Shown one piece after another: positions 1-10,959 of a stretch of DNA of 50,026 bases. The position numbers and the translations under genes are program-made. This DNA is from Octopus sinensis (lineage: Eukaryota): positions 1-50,026 of the forward strand of contig NW_021834287.1 in the NCBI RefSeq assembly GCF_006345805.1, written 5' to 3'. The notes beneath the pieces were generated by a model. The model was given only the letters and a program-made list of their open reading frames with translations, ran no database searches and was not told the DNA's origin. The first letter of the stretch is position 1. The number at the start of each line of letters is the position of its first letter.

Positions 1-110
1 GTAAGCATGAGTACTAGGTTTACAAAGAATAAGTGCCGAGGCCGATTAGTTCGACTAAGGGCAGTGCTCCAGCCTGGCCACAGACAAATGACTGAAGCGA
101 ATAAAAGAAC
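1..110 (+). mobile_element. 3' end of SINE family A (cut by window edge)
   Basis: Matches the 3' half of the fuller copies at 10507, 12424 and 40390 (agtactaggtttacaaagaataag...ccagc-tggcc-cag-caaatgactgaa). Confidence 0.8.
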
Positions 111-405
111 ACACACACAGTCACGTTCGCATTTGTGTTTACTTTCTCAAACCATTTACGATCAAAAATGTCTCACGTTTCATTTATTTTCACGGAAGAG
201 ACGAAAGATTTCCCCTCATTATTGTTCTCCTTCCTCCTCCTCAACTTCTCCTTTCTTTCTCTCTTGGCAGGGGCTACGCATGTAGAGAAAAGGGATCTTC
301 CTGATTTAAAACGCCCTAAACACACACTATGTCCCATGGATACTCTTTCAACTCCATTAGTTGTTCAGAGCCCCAAGAAAGGGTATTAAATATATACAAG
401 CGCTT

Positions 406-620
406 AAGGCGGCGAGCTGGCAGAATCGTTAGCGCACCGGGCGAAATGCTTAGTGGTATTTCGTCTGCGTTACGTTGTGAGTTCGAATTCCGCCGAGGTC
501 GACTTTACTTTCATCCTTTCGGGGTCGATAAATTAAGTACCTGTTACGCACTGGGGTCGATGTAATCAACTTAATCCGTTTGTCCCCTCCATGTTTAGCC
601 CCTTGTGGGTAATAAAGAAA
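406..620 (+). mobile_element. SINE family B copy
   Basis: aaggcggcgagctggcagaatcgttagc...gagttcgaattccgccgaggtcgac...gccccttgtggg; GTTCRAATTCC B-box-like motif; similar copies at 950, 12856 and 42220. Confidence 0.75.
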
Positions 621-853
621 CATATATACACCGTTTTTAAGGGTCAGTTTTTCTCTGCTTCCATGGGTCAACTGAGACTTCATTTGAGGCAGCTTTTCTC
701 GGGTTAGATGCTCTATTTCCAAGCAGGCTAATATTTTCTCTACCCTAACAAACTACAGACAGCCAAACTATGCTTTTTTATCTATCACTGGAGATAAGGC
801 AAGACGACTACACACACACACACATTCAAATATTTGTGTGTATATGCATGCAC

Positions 854-893
<40 letters not shown>

Positions 894-949
894 ACTCACT
901 CACACGCACACATGACAGCGGTGGGTGAAGGTTGTGTTATGGGACGGGA

Positions 950-1150
950 AGGCGGCGAGCTGGCAGAAACGTTAGCACGACGGGTGAAATGCGTTCCGAG
1001 TTCAAATTCCGCCGAGGTCGACTTTACCTTTCATCCTTGCGGGTCGATAAATAAGTACCAGTTACGCACTGGGGTCGAGTAATCGACTTAATCCGTTGTC
1101 TGTCCTTGTTTGTCCCCTCAATGTTAGGCCCCTTGTGGGTAATAAAGAAT
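950..1150 (+). mobile_element. SINE family B copy
   Basis: Same head and tail as 406-620. A further degenerate copy follows at about 1210-1420. Confidence 0.75.
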
Positions 1151-1433
1151 TAAAAATTATTATTATTATTATTATTATTGTTGTTGTTGTTATTATTGTT
1201 ATCATTATTGAGGTGGCCAACTGGCAGAATTATTAACACACTGCACAAAATATTTATCGGTATTTTGTCTGTCTTTACATTCTGAGTTCAAATGCTGCTG
1301 ATGTCGACTTTCTCTTTCATACAAGGGCCCATAAACTAAGTACCAGTCACACACTGCGGGGAGGGATCAATGTAATCAACTTATCCACTCCCCTAAAATG
1401 GCTGCCTTTGTGGAAAATTTTGAAACATTATTA

Positions 1434-1465
<32 letters not shown>

Positions 1466-1472
1466 TATTACT

Positions 1473-2048
1473 ATTGAGTGAGAGAGCAGTGCATGCCATC
1501 AAAGTGACACTGGAGTAAAATATATGAAGCCCAATATACCCATCATGACTACCCGTCTGATAAGGTACACCAGGCACATGCATCACACCATATGTGGCGC
1601 GACATATGATCTCATATCAAGTAAACAGCACATGACCTTGCAGGTGAGGCCAGTTAGAATTTTCTTCTTGTCGAGTAACCCATCCAGCTGAAAAGGTCCC
1701 TGAATAAGGTTTGTTTAAGGATGTTGAATGAACCACCCAGGTTTCCAGATGTGAATTATTCAAACCCCAAAGAATCCCTCTCAACACATGGCTATGATGC
1801 TCCCCCACTACTTCTGCTCGTGATCAGAGATGCACATATCGTCAGCCACTAAGGGACATGCTCAACTGGTTATTGTCAAACAACGGACAAGCAAATCTGT
1901 GGTATTGAGCAGAATATTTGCTGTAGCCTATCTTTTATACCAAGACAAACATGTACATGTAAACACTTCCAATCATTAAAATCAGAGCCTGAGAGCCACT
2001 GCTGGTACTGCATCAGGGAATACCTGGAACTGCATCAGGGCATACCTG
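1473..2048 (-). mobile_element. ~560-bp non-coding repeat embedded in (AAT)n tracts, copy 1
   Basis: Highly similar to 9574-10131 (same orientation) and 32871-33430 (inverted). ATT runs on both sides. Short duplication ctgcatcaggg-atacctgg at 2009-2048. Confidence 0.85.
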
Positions 2049-2049
2049 G

Positions 2050-2162
2050 TTGTTATTATTATTATTATAATTATTATTATTATTATTATTATTATTATAA
2101 TTATTATAATTATTATTATTATTATTATTATTATTGTAGTTATTATTATTATAATTATTATA

Positions 2163-2198
<36 letters not shown>

Positions 2199-2200
2199 CT
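2050..2200. repeat. (ATT)n microsatellite
   Basis: Direct inspection. Confidence 0.95.
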
Positions 2201-2214
2201 TTACTATGTTCATG

Positions 2215-3570
2215 TTCATACCATTTATCCGTATGTTTCAAATCCTAGCTTTCTACAAAGCCCCCAGTGGATTAACTCTCTTTAGATTGTCGTGTCTTTT
2301 CTAGTATTCTTTCTGTGCCAACATGCTACATTCACTTACTACATGAGTAACACTTTCCACTTTTGATTTGCATAATCTACATTGGGAATCTACTTGGTTT
2401 TTGTCTATTTTTTGCTTTTATCCAATTAGTCCTTAATGCTTGATCTTATGCAGCTACTAACAAACTTTCTGTCTCCCTCTCCAGCTTCCCTTTCTGCAGC
2501 TATAACCATGTCTTACAACTACTTTTGCTGCAACTAACTTTGGGAATCTTCTCTTGTCATTCAGATAATTTCTAGGGGTTTTTTTTTCTGGTTTTTAACT
2601 TCATTTGGGTTTTTGTTTTCCCTATGTCTTGCTGTGACTCTAGCATATTTTAGTAAATTTTCTTCCCTATTACCTACATAGGAGTCTATATCTACTTTAG
2701 CTAACTCCACGCTGCCTTCAACTGATGTTAACCTTCTTCCGCCTTCCCTTCTAGGGAGGTATAATCTTGCTTCTCTTGCCCCTGGGTGGAGTCCTCCATT
2801 CATATTAAATTCCTTCCTAGTTCTTCTGTCTAGCCTTGCTAATTCAGGTTTTGTCCAATCTACAAAAGCTGCTGAGTATCTAAGTAATGATGCTGCCCAG
2901 CTTTGATCTCATTCGCTTCCTCACCCTTCTGATGTATTCCTTCTCAATTTTCCTTTTCATTTCTATAGTTAGTACCTTGTCAGATTCTAATAAATATTCA
3001 GATACTTATAACTCTCTCCTCCTTTCAATGATTTCAATGTCTGGCTATCTGGTAATTCGATGCCTTCACTGTCGACTACCCGTCCCCTTCTCATAACTAA
3101 TATTGCACACTTATCTATACCAAATTTCATACCTATGTCTTTTCTGGAGAGTCTTGCAGTCTGTATTAAGGAATCTCTCTCTTTTTCATTCTGACTAAAA
3201 ACCTTCAGATCATCCATGTATAGTAAACGGTTAATTGTTCCCTTACTATTTCTGAGCTGATACCCTGCCTTTGCCTTCTTAATACTGAACTGAAGGGGAT
3301 CAAACATAAGACAAATATTAAAGGGGACAAGTCCCCACAGAAAATTCCTCTTTTAAACTTTTCCTAAGAGTGTGTCACCTGTGCAGAGATCTATTTTTCC
3401 ATTTCTTCATACTATAGCTTATTAATTCTCTTATGTTGTCTGCTATACTGAATATACTCAAGCATTCACTTATCCATGAGTGTGGGATCATGTCACAGGC
3501 TTTCCTGTCTTTCATCTCATTCTTTGTTTCCATCTGATGTTTCGATATGAAATATTGTAACAAGAAGTCG
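2215..3570 (-). mobile_element. Degenerate R4/Dong-type (REL endonuclease) non-LTR retrotransposon fragment
   Basis: Broken ORFs with DMIPHSWI (RT), RLLYMDDLKVF, GMKFGIDKCA, YKYL and LHP..RLYLPRREGGR motifs; several stops and frameshifts; ends at the (ATT)n tract. Confidence 0.85.
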
Positions 3571-4003
3571 TGGTTTTAATTTCTACCAATAATATCTGTA
3601 GAAGTAACCTCCACAAAATATTTATATTCTTTTTACTACAAAACTTTTCACCATCACTTATATTCAGTCAATAAAGATAATGGTGTATTTATATCTTCAA
3701 GTTTTATTTCTAATGATTATTCCATTGGAAACAGTTTAAATGTTTAACTTCACTGTCAAATAAACAATTTGTTTAATATATTTAATGAAATGTGTGTTTT
3801 CCTTGAAATTGTTTGAATGAATCAAGTAAATATTATTTTATCAAAAACCTTTCACAAAACTAATAAATTTTTCACTTTATTTCAGCTTTCATGTAAAAAT
3901 TAGTGAATTTTGAAGAGATAAATTGTATTCCAAAGGAAGAAAACAAAATCCACAGAAAAGAATATATTTAACAGAAAAAAGATAATAATTCTATATTCAT
4001 AAA

Positions 4004-7000
4004 ATGGAGAAGATTAATGCAGAAAACAAAATGTTGGCTCTCATTCCTGCCACAGTCCGTGATACAACAGCAATTCACAAGGAAACTACACCAGTTCTTC
4101 CCCAAATATTATATACACGAAACACAAAGAAATCTGAAGAGGAGGAAACGCAAAAGACAAGGAAACTTGAAGAATGGGAAAAGTCCATGTTACCAAGCTT
4201 TCTTCATATTGTGACATGTTACCGAGCAGTAATCAAAACAGACCACATCAATACGTTTATCGATTATGTAAAGGATAATTGTAAGCGCATGGATTTAGAT
4301 GGACCTTGTATTTTACATAATGTCAAACGTAAAATGCAAAGGTTTCTGGAATTTACTAAACAACATAATGATTTTGTTCACCAAAACCTTGATTGGTTTC
4401 AACAAAGACTCTTTGACATTTATGTCACCTGTAACCCATACAACCACAAGACCATTGAACCACCAAAAGTAACCACAAAATTTCGGCCTCTTCGACCAGC
4501 TGTGACCAGAGAAGCACGGATTGAGGAATCTGGAGAAGAATTGGACGAAAGCATAATATCCAATATTATTGTCATACAGGAGGGAATGGTGACATATTCC
4601 CAACATTATATGACAATATGTTGTGTGACAAGAGACGGTGACAAAAATGTGGTTCATTGCCCGTCTTCTGTCACAAACTTTACCAGAATCGGTGAAGACA
4701 TGGTTCTGGCGACTCTGCCCTTCCAAAAAAGGATTCTTATTATCAGCCCCACAAGTATTAAGTTTCAAACAATACAGTTGGGATTCTATTTGGTTTCTTA
4801 CTTGGAACATTCTACACTTATAGGCGCAGAAATGTTTGGTAAGACCATTTACCAATTTAATTGGGAGGAAAATAGAGTTGAATATGAATTTATTACGAAC
4901 GAAATACCAACAGATATTGCTGTAGGGGTCCAGAATATACTCGTAATATCATTTCTCAGTATTAACAGAGTAATCTGTTACAAACTGGATGGCCAACAGC
5001 TATGGGAGGTAGAGACTCATTCTCTGGACCTCCCTAGCAAAATCTCTCTGTACCAAAACTATTTCTATGTCCTCCAGGGACAAATTATTTATAGAATTTC
5101 GGCTAAAGGTGGTGTGACAAGGAGGGACATTGGCAGGAAATGCCGCTCTATTTCTGTTGCTAAAGATACTATTTTGGTAACAGATTATTTTGGCAAACCA
5201 CTTGCCATTGAAACAAATAAAGACTTTTGGCCCAAACTGTCATACAACCACCAGCTACATACCCCCAGTTTGAAAGACCATATTTATATTGAGGATTGCT
5301 ACAACATTACAAATATTCTACCTATGTCTACATCTTCTATATTAATAATTTACAAAAACAAGAAAGCTAAATTATTCACTGATAACGGGGAAATAATTAA
5401 CCAAAATAATTCAGTTTTCCTTGGGCTTCCTTCTTTCTGTTGTAGAATAAACGCAAACAGATTCCTGGTATTTTATCCTGAAATGAAAGGATTTCAGAAT
5501 ATCACCTGTCCTGAACTAAGAAAAGGCCTTTTAATAAAGGTTCAAACTGGTTACATGAAAATATGTCATATTGTATCAAATAAGTGTCTTGCTGTGACCA
5601 CCACTGAAAACAAAAGCGAGGTCCATATCCTCTTGATCAACGAAGATAAAGTTGACATTGCAGAAAGAATTTCTCTGGGACATCATAATGTCAGCATTGC
5701 TGCAACTCCAATTAATTTTGTAGTCGTAGATGGAAACGAAAATAAAATGGTATTTTATTCCACATGTGGTGAAGAACTTTTTCAAAAATACCTTCCATTC
5801 TATGGCTACCCTCATCACATCTACTCTGATAATGTTTATTTCTATGTCCTCTTCAAGAGACACTCTATTCTCAGATGTTACGATCTATATGGAGAAATTA
5901 AATGGCAATGGAAACTACCTTTCCCTGTTCACCCTCACATTGCTGTTTTCCAAGGAACTGTTTATGTCCCGGACACTCAACTCAACAGGGTTCTTCTTTA
6001 CAAGTATCAAGACTGGTCGTCTGGATGTTGTTTACATATGAAAAATCCTTATATCAGAAATCTAAATCTACGACTCAAAGAAAAGGAGAAAGACAAAGTT
6101 GTCATTGGTGAAATATGTAATCTGGCCGATGAACAGTTGGTGGTGTCAGACATCAACCATGATTGCTTGTTGTACATTTCTAAAGAAGGAGACATTGTGT
6201 CTAGATTATCTCTGCCGTCTACAGCCACAGATATATATCGATGGGATTCTAATCATATAGGGGTCACATTACCCCTACAGAAACAATTAAGGGTCATTGG
6301 AAACCTATCAAAGACAGTGATAAGTGTATCATTAGGGCAGCCTTATTTACGGGCATGTAAGATGGGTGAAGGTAAAATTATTTGTTATTGTGATAAACCA
6401 TCACTTTTAAATATTTTAGCCATCAATTATTATAATAGAGTTGAAGTAATTAAGACAATTAATATCCCTGTTTTTGTGAAATCGTTATCAATAGAAAAAG
6501 AAACACAAAAGCTGTTAATTGTCACTAGGGGAAAAGCATTTCAGTATAACACAACAATAGGTGGTGGTGGTCATGGCACTGGTGATCATCATCGTTGTAG
6601 TATTAAGATGGTCCCCAGTGTTTTAATGTCCCAAGTGAAACGTCCCCTCAGTCTCCAAGGTGGATCTATTGACCAAACATTTGTTTATCTTATAGACGAC
6701 AGCCGTATGTTTGCTATAAACGATCATAATTTGTTGGTTAATGATCTCGTTAAAAATAATCAACTTAATTATTATATCGATCTGGTGGATGTATTTTCCA
6801 GAAACATTTCTGTCAGTGAAATGTTGTCTTCCACTTTATATCTACAGGATCTGACAGTTTCTGATAAAGCCAGACATATTCCTCTCCGTCAACATTTGGG
6901 AGACAAAGAGCGAGTGGAGATCAAATGTTTGGTTCTGACTGGAAATAATCTGATTGCAGGATGGGACGAGAAGAATGGAAACATTAAGATATTCACATAT

Positions 7001-8299
7001 GATGGTCAACTTGTGGGTTCTATCAAATTCAGTTTTTATAAATATATTAAAATGTGTCGATGGCAGTCAAACACACTGGTCATTACGAATTGGGATGGTT
7101 TAGATATTGATTACCAAATGTTGACATTAAAGGTGGAATTTCCATTGTCATTGGTGGTTTGCCAGACAAGAAATGAATATAAATGTGTGGCTTCTTTATC
7201 AAACAATCAACTGGTTTGTAGCAAATTGGGACAGAGAGATGGACGTAGCTTATATTTTGTTGATATTGATGAAACACATTCGAATGTGAATGAAATAAAA
7301 AAAAAAAAAATACCTGAAACATTATTACTTAGAGACGAATATCATCAAATTTATATTAATGACATCAATGGTATTAAAGTTACAGCTGACGATGACATCA
7401 TTGTCTACAACACAAGATTCATCATTTTCTTCGACAGTGATGGTCAATATTTACATTCAGTTAGACACTACAGGAAGGCTGATGTTCCTACAGATGACAG
7501 GATGACAACTGCTGACAATTATTTCTACATTTATGGTGTGTGGGATAAATATGTTAATTTAACACAATATCATAACATTTTGTGTTTGACCCAGACTGGG
7601 GAATACGAGAGAATATTTTTAAATAAAAGAATTTATAAAGATAAAGTAGAGTTCTTCAATATAGACTGTAAAGGACCAAGGTTTGTTGGAAGCCACTCCA
7701 AAATTGGAAGAAGGAATGAATTGTATGTTGAAGGGTTATTTATGGCTAATCGAGACAGCTTCCCGGTTGCTCGTTTACAAACAGACAAATTTCCTGTTCA
7801 AGTAAAAGATTATGATGTCTCTGAGGAAGGAAAGACAGTTGTGTGTGAAAAAGCCAATAATGGAAATGTTAAAATATTCGATGAAGACGGCCAGTTGCTA
7901 TGTCACAGAAATGTTGCAAGTTTAGTTGGTGGTGTGTGTTTTACACAAGAATCACACATAATGGCCACGGTTCCTAAAAGGAAAGAAATATTTCAACTGA
8001 ATCGAGAAGATTTGCAGAATTATCAAGTTTGGCAAAGTCAAGTGCCTTATGGTGTAATATGGAGAAAAGTGAAGAATATTTACTTGTGTGTACATATTGA
8101 ATTGATTGAATGTCATTGCATAAAGATTGATGGGGACCAAGTGAACATTCTGGAATCAGTGTCTTTATTAAATCTTGATTCTGGTCTTCGTTTCCCTTCC
8201 ATTACATCTCAGATGAACAAGGAAATATTCACTGATGAATTGATTAGTAAATCGAAATATAGTGAAGGAGATGAAGGAAGAAGTATATCAGTGAAATAA
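4004..8299 (+). CDS. Large intronless protein (1431 aa): short helical N-terminal region plus multiple tandem NHL/6-bladed beta-propeller-like units (mollusc TRIM/NHL-like)
   Basis: 4.3-kb uninterrupted ORF in AT-rich DNA; in-frame stop at 3983-3985 upstream of the ATG. Recurrent blade motifs: LVVSDINHDCLLYISKEGDIV, GWDEKNGNIKIFTYDGQLV, NGNVKIFDEDGQLL, VICYKLDGQQLW, ATLPFQKRIL / VTLPLQKQL / ATVPKRKEI. The fold call is by motif recognition only. Confidence 0.8.
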   Translation: MEKINAENKMLALIPATVRDTTAIHKETTPVLPQILYTRNTKKSEEEETQKTRKLEEWEKSMLPSFLHIVTCYRAVIKTDHINTFIDYVKDNCKRMDLDGPCILHNVKRKMQRFLEFTKQHNDFVHQNLDWFQQRLFDIYVTCNPYNHKTIEPPKVTTKFRPLRPAVTREARIEESGEELDESIISNIIVIQEGMVTYSQHYMTICCVTRDGDKNVVHCPSSVTNFTRIGEDMVLATLPFQKRILIISPTSIKFQTIQLGFYLVSYLEHSTLIGAEMFGKTIYQFNWEENRVEYEFITNEIPTDIAVGVQNILVISFLSINRVICYKLDGQQLWEVETHSLDLPSKISLYQNYFYVLQGQIIYRISAKGGVTRRDIGRKCRSISVAKDTILVTDYFGKPLAIETNKDFWPKLSYNHQLHTPSLKDHIYIEDCYNITNILPMSTSSILIIYKNKKAKLFTDNGEIINQNNSVFLGLPSFCCRINANRFLVFYPEMKGFQNITCPELRKGLLIKVQTGYMKICHIVSNKCLAVTTTENKSEVHILLINEDKVDIAERISLGHHNVSIAATPINFVVVDGNENKMVFYSTCGEELFQKYLPFYGYPHHIYSDNVYFYVLFKRHSILRCYDLYGEIKWQWKLPFPVHPHIAVFQGTVYVPDTQLNRVLLYKYQDWSSGCCLHMKNPYIRNLNLRLKEKEKDKVVIGEICNLADEQLVVSDINHDCLLYISKEGDIVSRLSLPSTATDIYRWDSNHIGVTLPLQKQLRVIGNLSKTVISVSLGQPYLRACKMGEGKIICYCDKPSLLNILAINYYNRVEVIKTINIPVFVKSLSIEKETQKLLIVTRGKAFQYNTTIGGGGHGTGDHHRCSIKMVPSVLMSQVKRPLSLQGGSIDQTFVYLIDDSRMFAINDHNLLVNDLVKNNQLNYYIDLVDVFSRNISVSEMLSSTLYLQDLTVSDKARHIPLRQHLGDKERVEIKCLVLTGNNLIAGWDEKNGNIKIFTYDGQLVGSIKFSFYKYIKMCRWQSNTLVITNWDGLDIDYQMLTLKVEFPLSLVVCQTRNEYKCVASLSNNQLVCSKLGQRDGRSLYFVDIDETHSNVNEIKKKKIPETLLLRDEYHQIYINDINGIKVTADDDIIVYNTRFIIFFDSDGQYLHSVRHYRKADVPTDDRMTTADNYFYIYGVWDKYVNLTQYHNILCLTQTGEYERIFLNKRIYKDKVEFFNIDCKGPRFVGSHSKIGRRNELYVEGLFMANRDSFPVARLQTDKFPVQVKDYDVSEEGKTVVCEKANNGNVKIFDEDGQLLCHRNVASLVGGVCFTQESHIMATVPKRKEIFQLNREDLQNYQVWQSQVPYGVIWRKVKNIYLCVHIELIECHCIKIDGDQVNILESVSLLNLDSGLRFPSITSQMNKEIFTDELISKSKYSEGDEGRSISVK

Positions 8300-9465
8300 T
8301 TAGTAAAGGTAGATTTAAGGTGAGATGTGGTAATTACATAGCGGAGAGTAAGTCAGGAATTGATGAAATATCAGTGAGGAGACTTCCATATAGGATAGCA
8401 ATGGTCCCTCTTTCCATTCCTGCATTCGAGGAACCTGTTCATTATGATTTGTGGGACAGCAAGGACTGGAACAATAAACTAATTAAGTTAGATGAGAATG
8501 TGAGTGTGTTGATGTTTAGAAAAAGTGTCACCTTAATCAACACAACAACAGGTGACATACTGCAACATGAACAACTCCCACAACAACAACAACCAGCACT
8601 GAACATATTTCAGTGGACATTTGAATACATAAAGGCCTTCTTTTCCAAACAACAAACACAACATCAACAACAACCACAACATCAACAACCACTGGATATC
8701 TGTCGGTGGACAGATGAACATTTCATAGTCGTCTTTGGTAAAGAAATGATGGTCTTCGACAGGGATCTCCGTCGTTTAAAAACCATAAAAACTGAGAAAT
8801 ACTACAACACGATTTATAAATATAACGACAATCAACTCGTGTGTGGTGGTCATCATTTTAGAAACATACATGAAATGACAGGCTCAAGTGAGCTTTATTA
8901 CGTTTGCGAAGAGTCTGAAGCGAACGACTCTTATTATGTGGATGTGGTTGATATGAAAGATGGGAAATGTAAAGATGAAGTGTGTCGTGGAAAGAAGGGG
9001 AGGTGGAGAAGGATTGATGGAGATGCGAGGGTACTTGATGTAAGAGTCGCATCTTCTGGTGATGTGGTTGTTATGAGGAGGGAGCTGGAAATAGATAAGA
9101 CGGCAGATGATTTCTCGATTGTGGAATGGTTCAGTGAAAATTCGTTGGTCAGGAGGATAAGAATAGGAGAAAAAAACCAGAGGGGATATTATATTCAAAG
9201 ATGTCGTTTAGCCACAATTGGTGAATGTGTTTATATAACAGACAGACAGAACAATATTTTCCAAATACCTGGACATATTGAACAACAAACATCCGAAGAT
9301 ATTGAAATCCTGTCTTTGAAAAACGATGCAAAATATTTACTCCTCAGAACTGATGATAATGAAGTCTTTGAAGTTCTTGGTTTTGATGCTTCAGAAAATT
9401 CTTTCATGGTTTTTGGAATTATTCCTGGACGTCAATCTTTTGCTTTCTTTCATTATGACAAATAA
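8275..9465 (+). CDS. C-terminal continuation of the propeller protein in the -1 frame (track ORF 8320-9465, 381 aa)
   Basis: Frame is open from 8275 (after TGA 8272-8274) and overlaps the end of ORF1. Contains a further propeller-like unit (PLDICRWTDEHFIVVF...YNTIYKYNDNQLVCGG). AATAAA at 9461-9466 overlaps the stop. Confidence 0.7.
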   Translation, partial: RKKYISEIISKGRFKVRCGNYIAESKSGIDEISVRRLPYRIAMVPLSIPAFEEPVHYDLWDSKDWNNKLIKLDENVSVLMFRKSVTLINTTTGDILQHEQLPQQQQPALNIFQWTFEYIKAFFSKQQTQHQQQPQHQQPLDICRWTDEHFIVVFGKEMMVFDRDLRRLKTIKTEKYYNTIYKYNDNQLVCGGHHFRNIHEMTGSSELYYVCEESEANDSYYVDVVDMKDGKCKDEVCRGKKGRWRRIDGDARVLDVRVASSGDVVVMRRELEIDKTADDFSIVEWFSENSLVRRIRIGEKNQRGYYIQRCRLATIGECVYITDRQNNIFQIPGHIEQQTSEDIEILSLKNDAKYLLLRTDDNEVFEVLGFDASENSFMVFGIIPGRQSFAFFHYDK

Positions 9466-9573
9466 ATATCTTTAGAAATATTAAAATTTGATCTTGTTGT
9501 TATTGTTGTTGTTATTATTATCATTATAATAATTATTATTATTATTATTATTATTATCATTATTATTATTATT

Positions 9574-10131
9574 ATTGAGTGAGAGAGCAGTGCATGCCAT
9601 CAAAGTGACACTGGGGTACAAATATACGAAGCCCAGTACACCCATCATGACTACCCGTCTGATAAGGGTACACTAGGCACATGCATCACAACCATATGTG
9701 CGTGACATGGTGATCTCATATCAAGATAAACAGCACATGACCTTGCAGATGGGGCCCAGTTAGAATTTTCTTCTGGTCGAGTAACCCATCCCACTCAAAA
9801 GGCCCCTGAATAAGGGTTGTTTAAGGATGTTGAGCAAAACACCCATGTTTTCAGAGGTGAATTATTCAAACCCCAAAGAATCCCTCTCAACACATGGCTA
9901 TGATGCTCTCCCACTACTTCTGCTTGTGGTCAGAGATGCACATATCATCAGCCACCAAGGGACATGCTCAACTGGTTAAGGTCAAACAACTGACAAGCAG
10001 ATCTGTGGTTTTGAGCAGAATATTTGCTGTAGGTCATCTTTTATACCAAGACAAAGCAATGTACATGATAACACTTCCAATCAGTTAAGATCAGAAGCCA
10101 CGAGAGCCACTGCCTGGTACTGCATCAGGGC
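9574..10131 (-). mobile_element. ~560-bp (AAT)n-embedded repeat, copy 2
   Basis: attgagtgagagagcagtgcatgccatcaaagtgacac...gagagccactgcctggtactgcatcagggc; ATT/GAT runs on both sides. Confidence 0.85.
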
Positions 10132-10506
10132 ATTATTGTTATAATTATTATTATTATGATGATGATGATGAACGTTTTTTCCTTCTTTCTTCAAATGTTC
10201 TTCTTAGCACACAGCCAAGCCTGCGCCTATCTAAATGAGATTCAATTGAATTAAGTACTTCAATCAAGGCCCTTCGTAGGGTCGCAGTAATATCCACCAA
10301 CAACAATATTCTGTAAATATCCGGCTCCGTACAGAAGTAGCGGTCGAAAGCTATTCTCAGCGCTTTTGTAGCGAATCGGATCAGGTTGAGTGATGAAACC
10401 CGTTCTTCAGTTCTTCACTCAAGTATTCAATATTATACGATCAATCACATCGATGAAGGGTGGATTCCGAGACAGGAGAATAAATTATAAATGAATAAAT
10501 GAATAA

Positions 10507-10910
10507 TAGGCGCAGGTGTGGCTGTGTGGTAAGTAGCTTGTTTACCAACCACATGGTTCCGGGTTCAGTCCCGCTGCGTGGCATCTTGGGCAAGTGTCTT
10601 CTGCTATAGCCTCAGGCCGACCAAAGCCTTGAGAGTGGATTTGGTAGACGGAAACTGAAAGAAGCCCGTCGTATATATGTATATATATATATGCGTGTGT
10701 GTGTTTGTGTGTCTGTGTTTGTCCCCCTCCCCAGCATCGTTTGACAACCGATGCTGGTGTGTTTATGTCCCCGTTACTTAGTGGTTCGGCAAAAGAGCCC
10801 GATAGAATAAGTACTAGGCTTACAAAAGAATAAGTCCCGGGGTTGAGTTGCTTGATTAAAGGCGGTGCTCCAGCATGGCCACAGTCAAATGACTGAAACA
10901 AATAAAAGAG
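10507..10910 (+). mobile_element. SINE family A, full-length, with internal TA/TG microsatellite
   Basis: taggcgcagg.gtggctgtgtggtaag (A-box-like), ggttcagtccc (B-box-like), tail caaatgactgaaacaaataaaagag. Confidence 0.85.
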
Positions 10911-10959
10911 TATATATATATATAAATATATATATATTCTTTTCTTTTATTCTTTACTT

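Noticed and set aside
3883-4003. Upstream coding exon junction adding a B-box/RING to the large ORF
   Set aside because: A good acceptor exists at 3885 (ttcactttatttcag), but in-frame stops at 3911 and 3983 block read-through into the ORF, and no RING/B-box exon was found upstream in the window; at most a 5' UTR intron.
8272-8300. Programmed -1 ribosomal frameshift
   Set aside because: No canonical slippery heptamer or obvious downstream stem was seen; a simple indel is more parsimonious, though not excluded.
1473-10131. LTR retrotransposon carrying the large ORF
   Set aside because: No TG...CA termini, PBS, PPT or TSD; no gag, protease, RT or integrase motifs; the repeat also occurs alone and inverted elsewhere.
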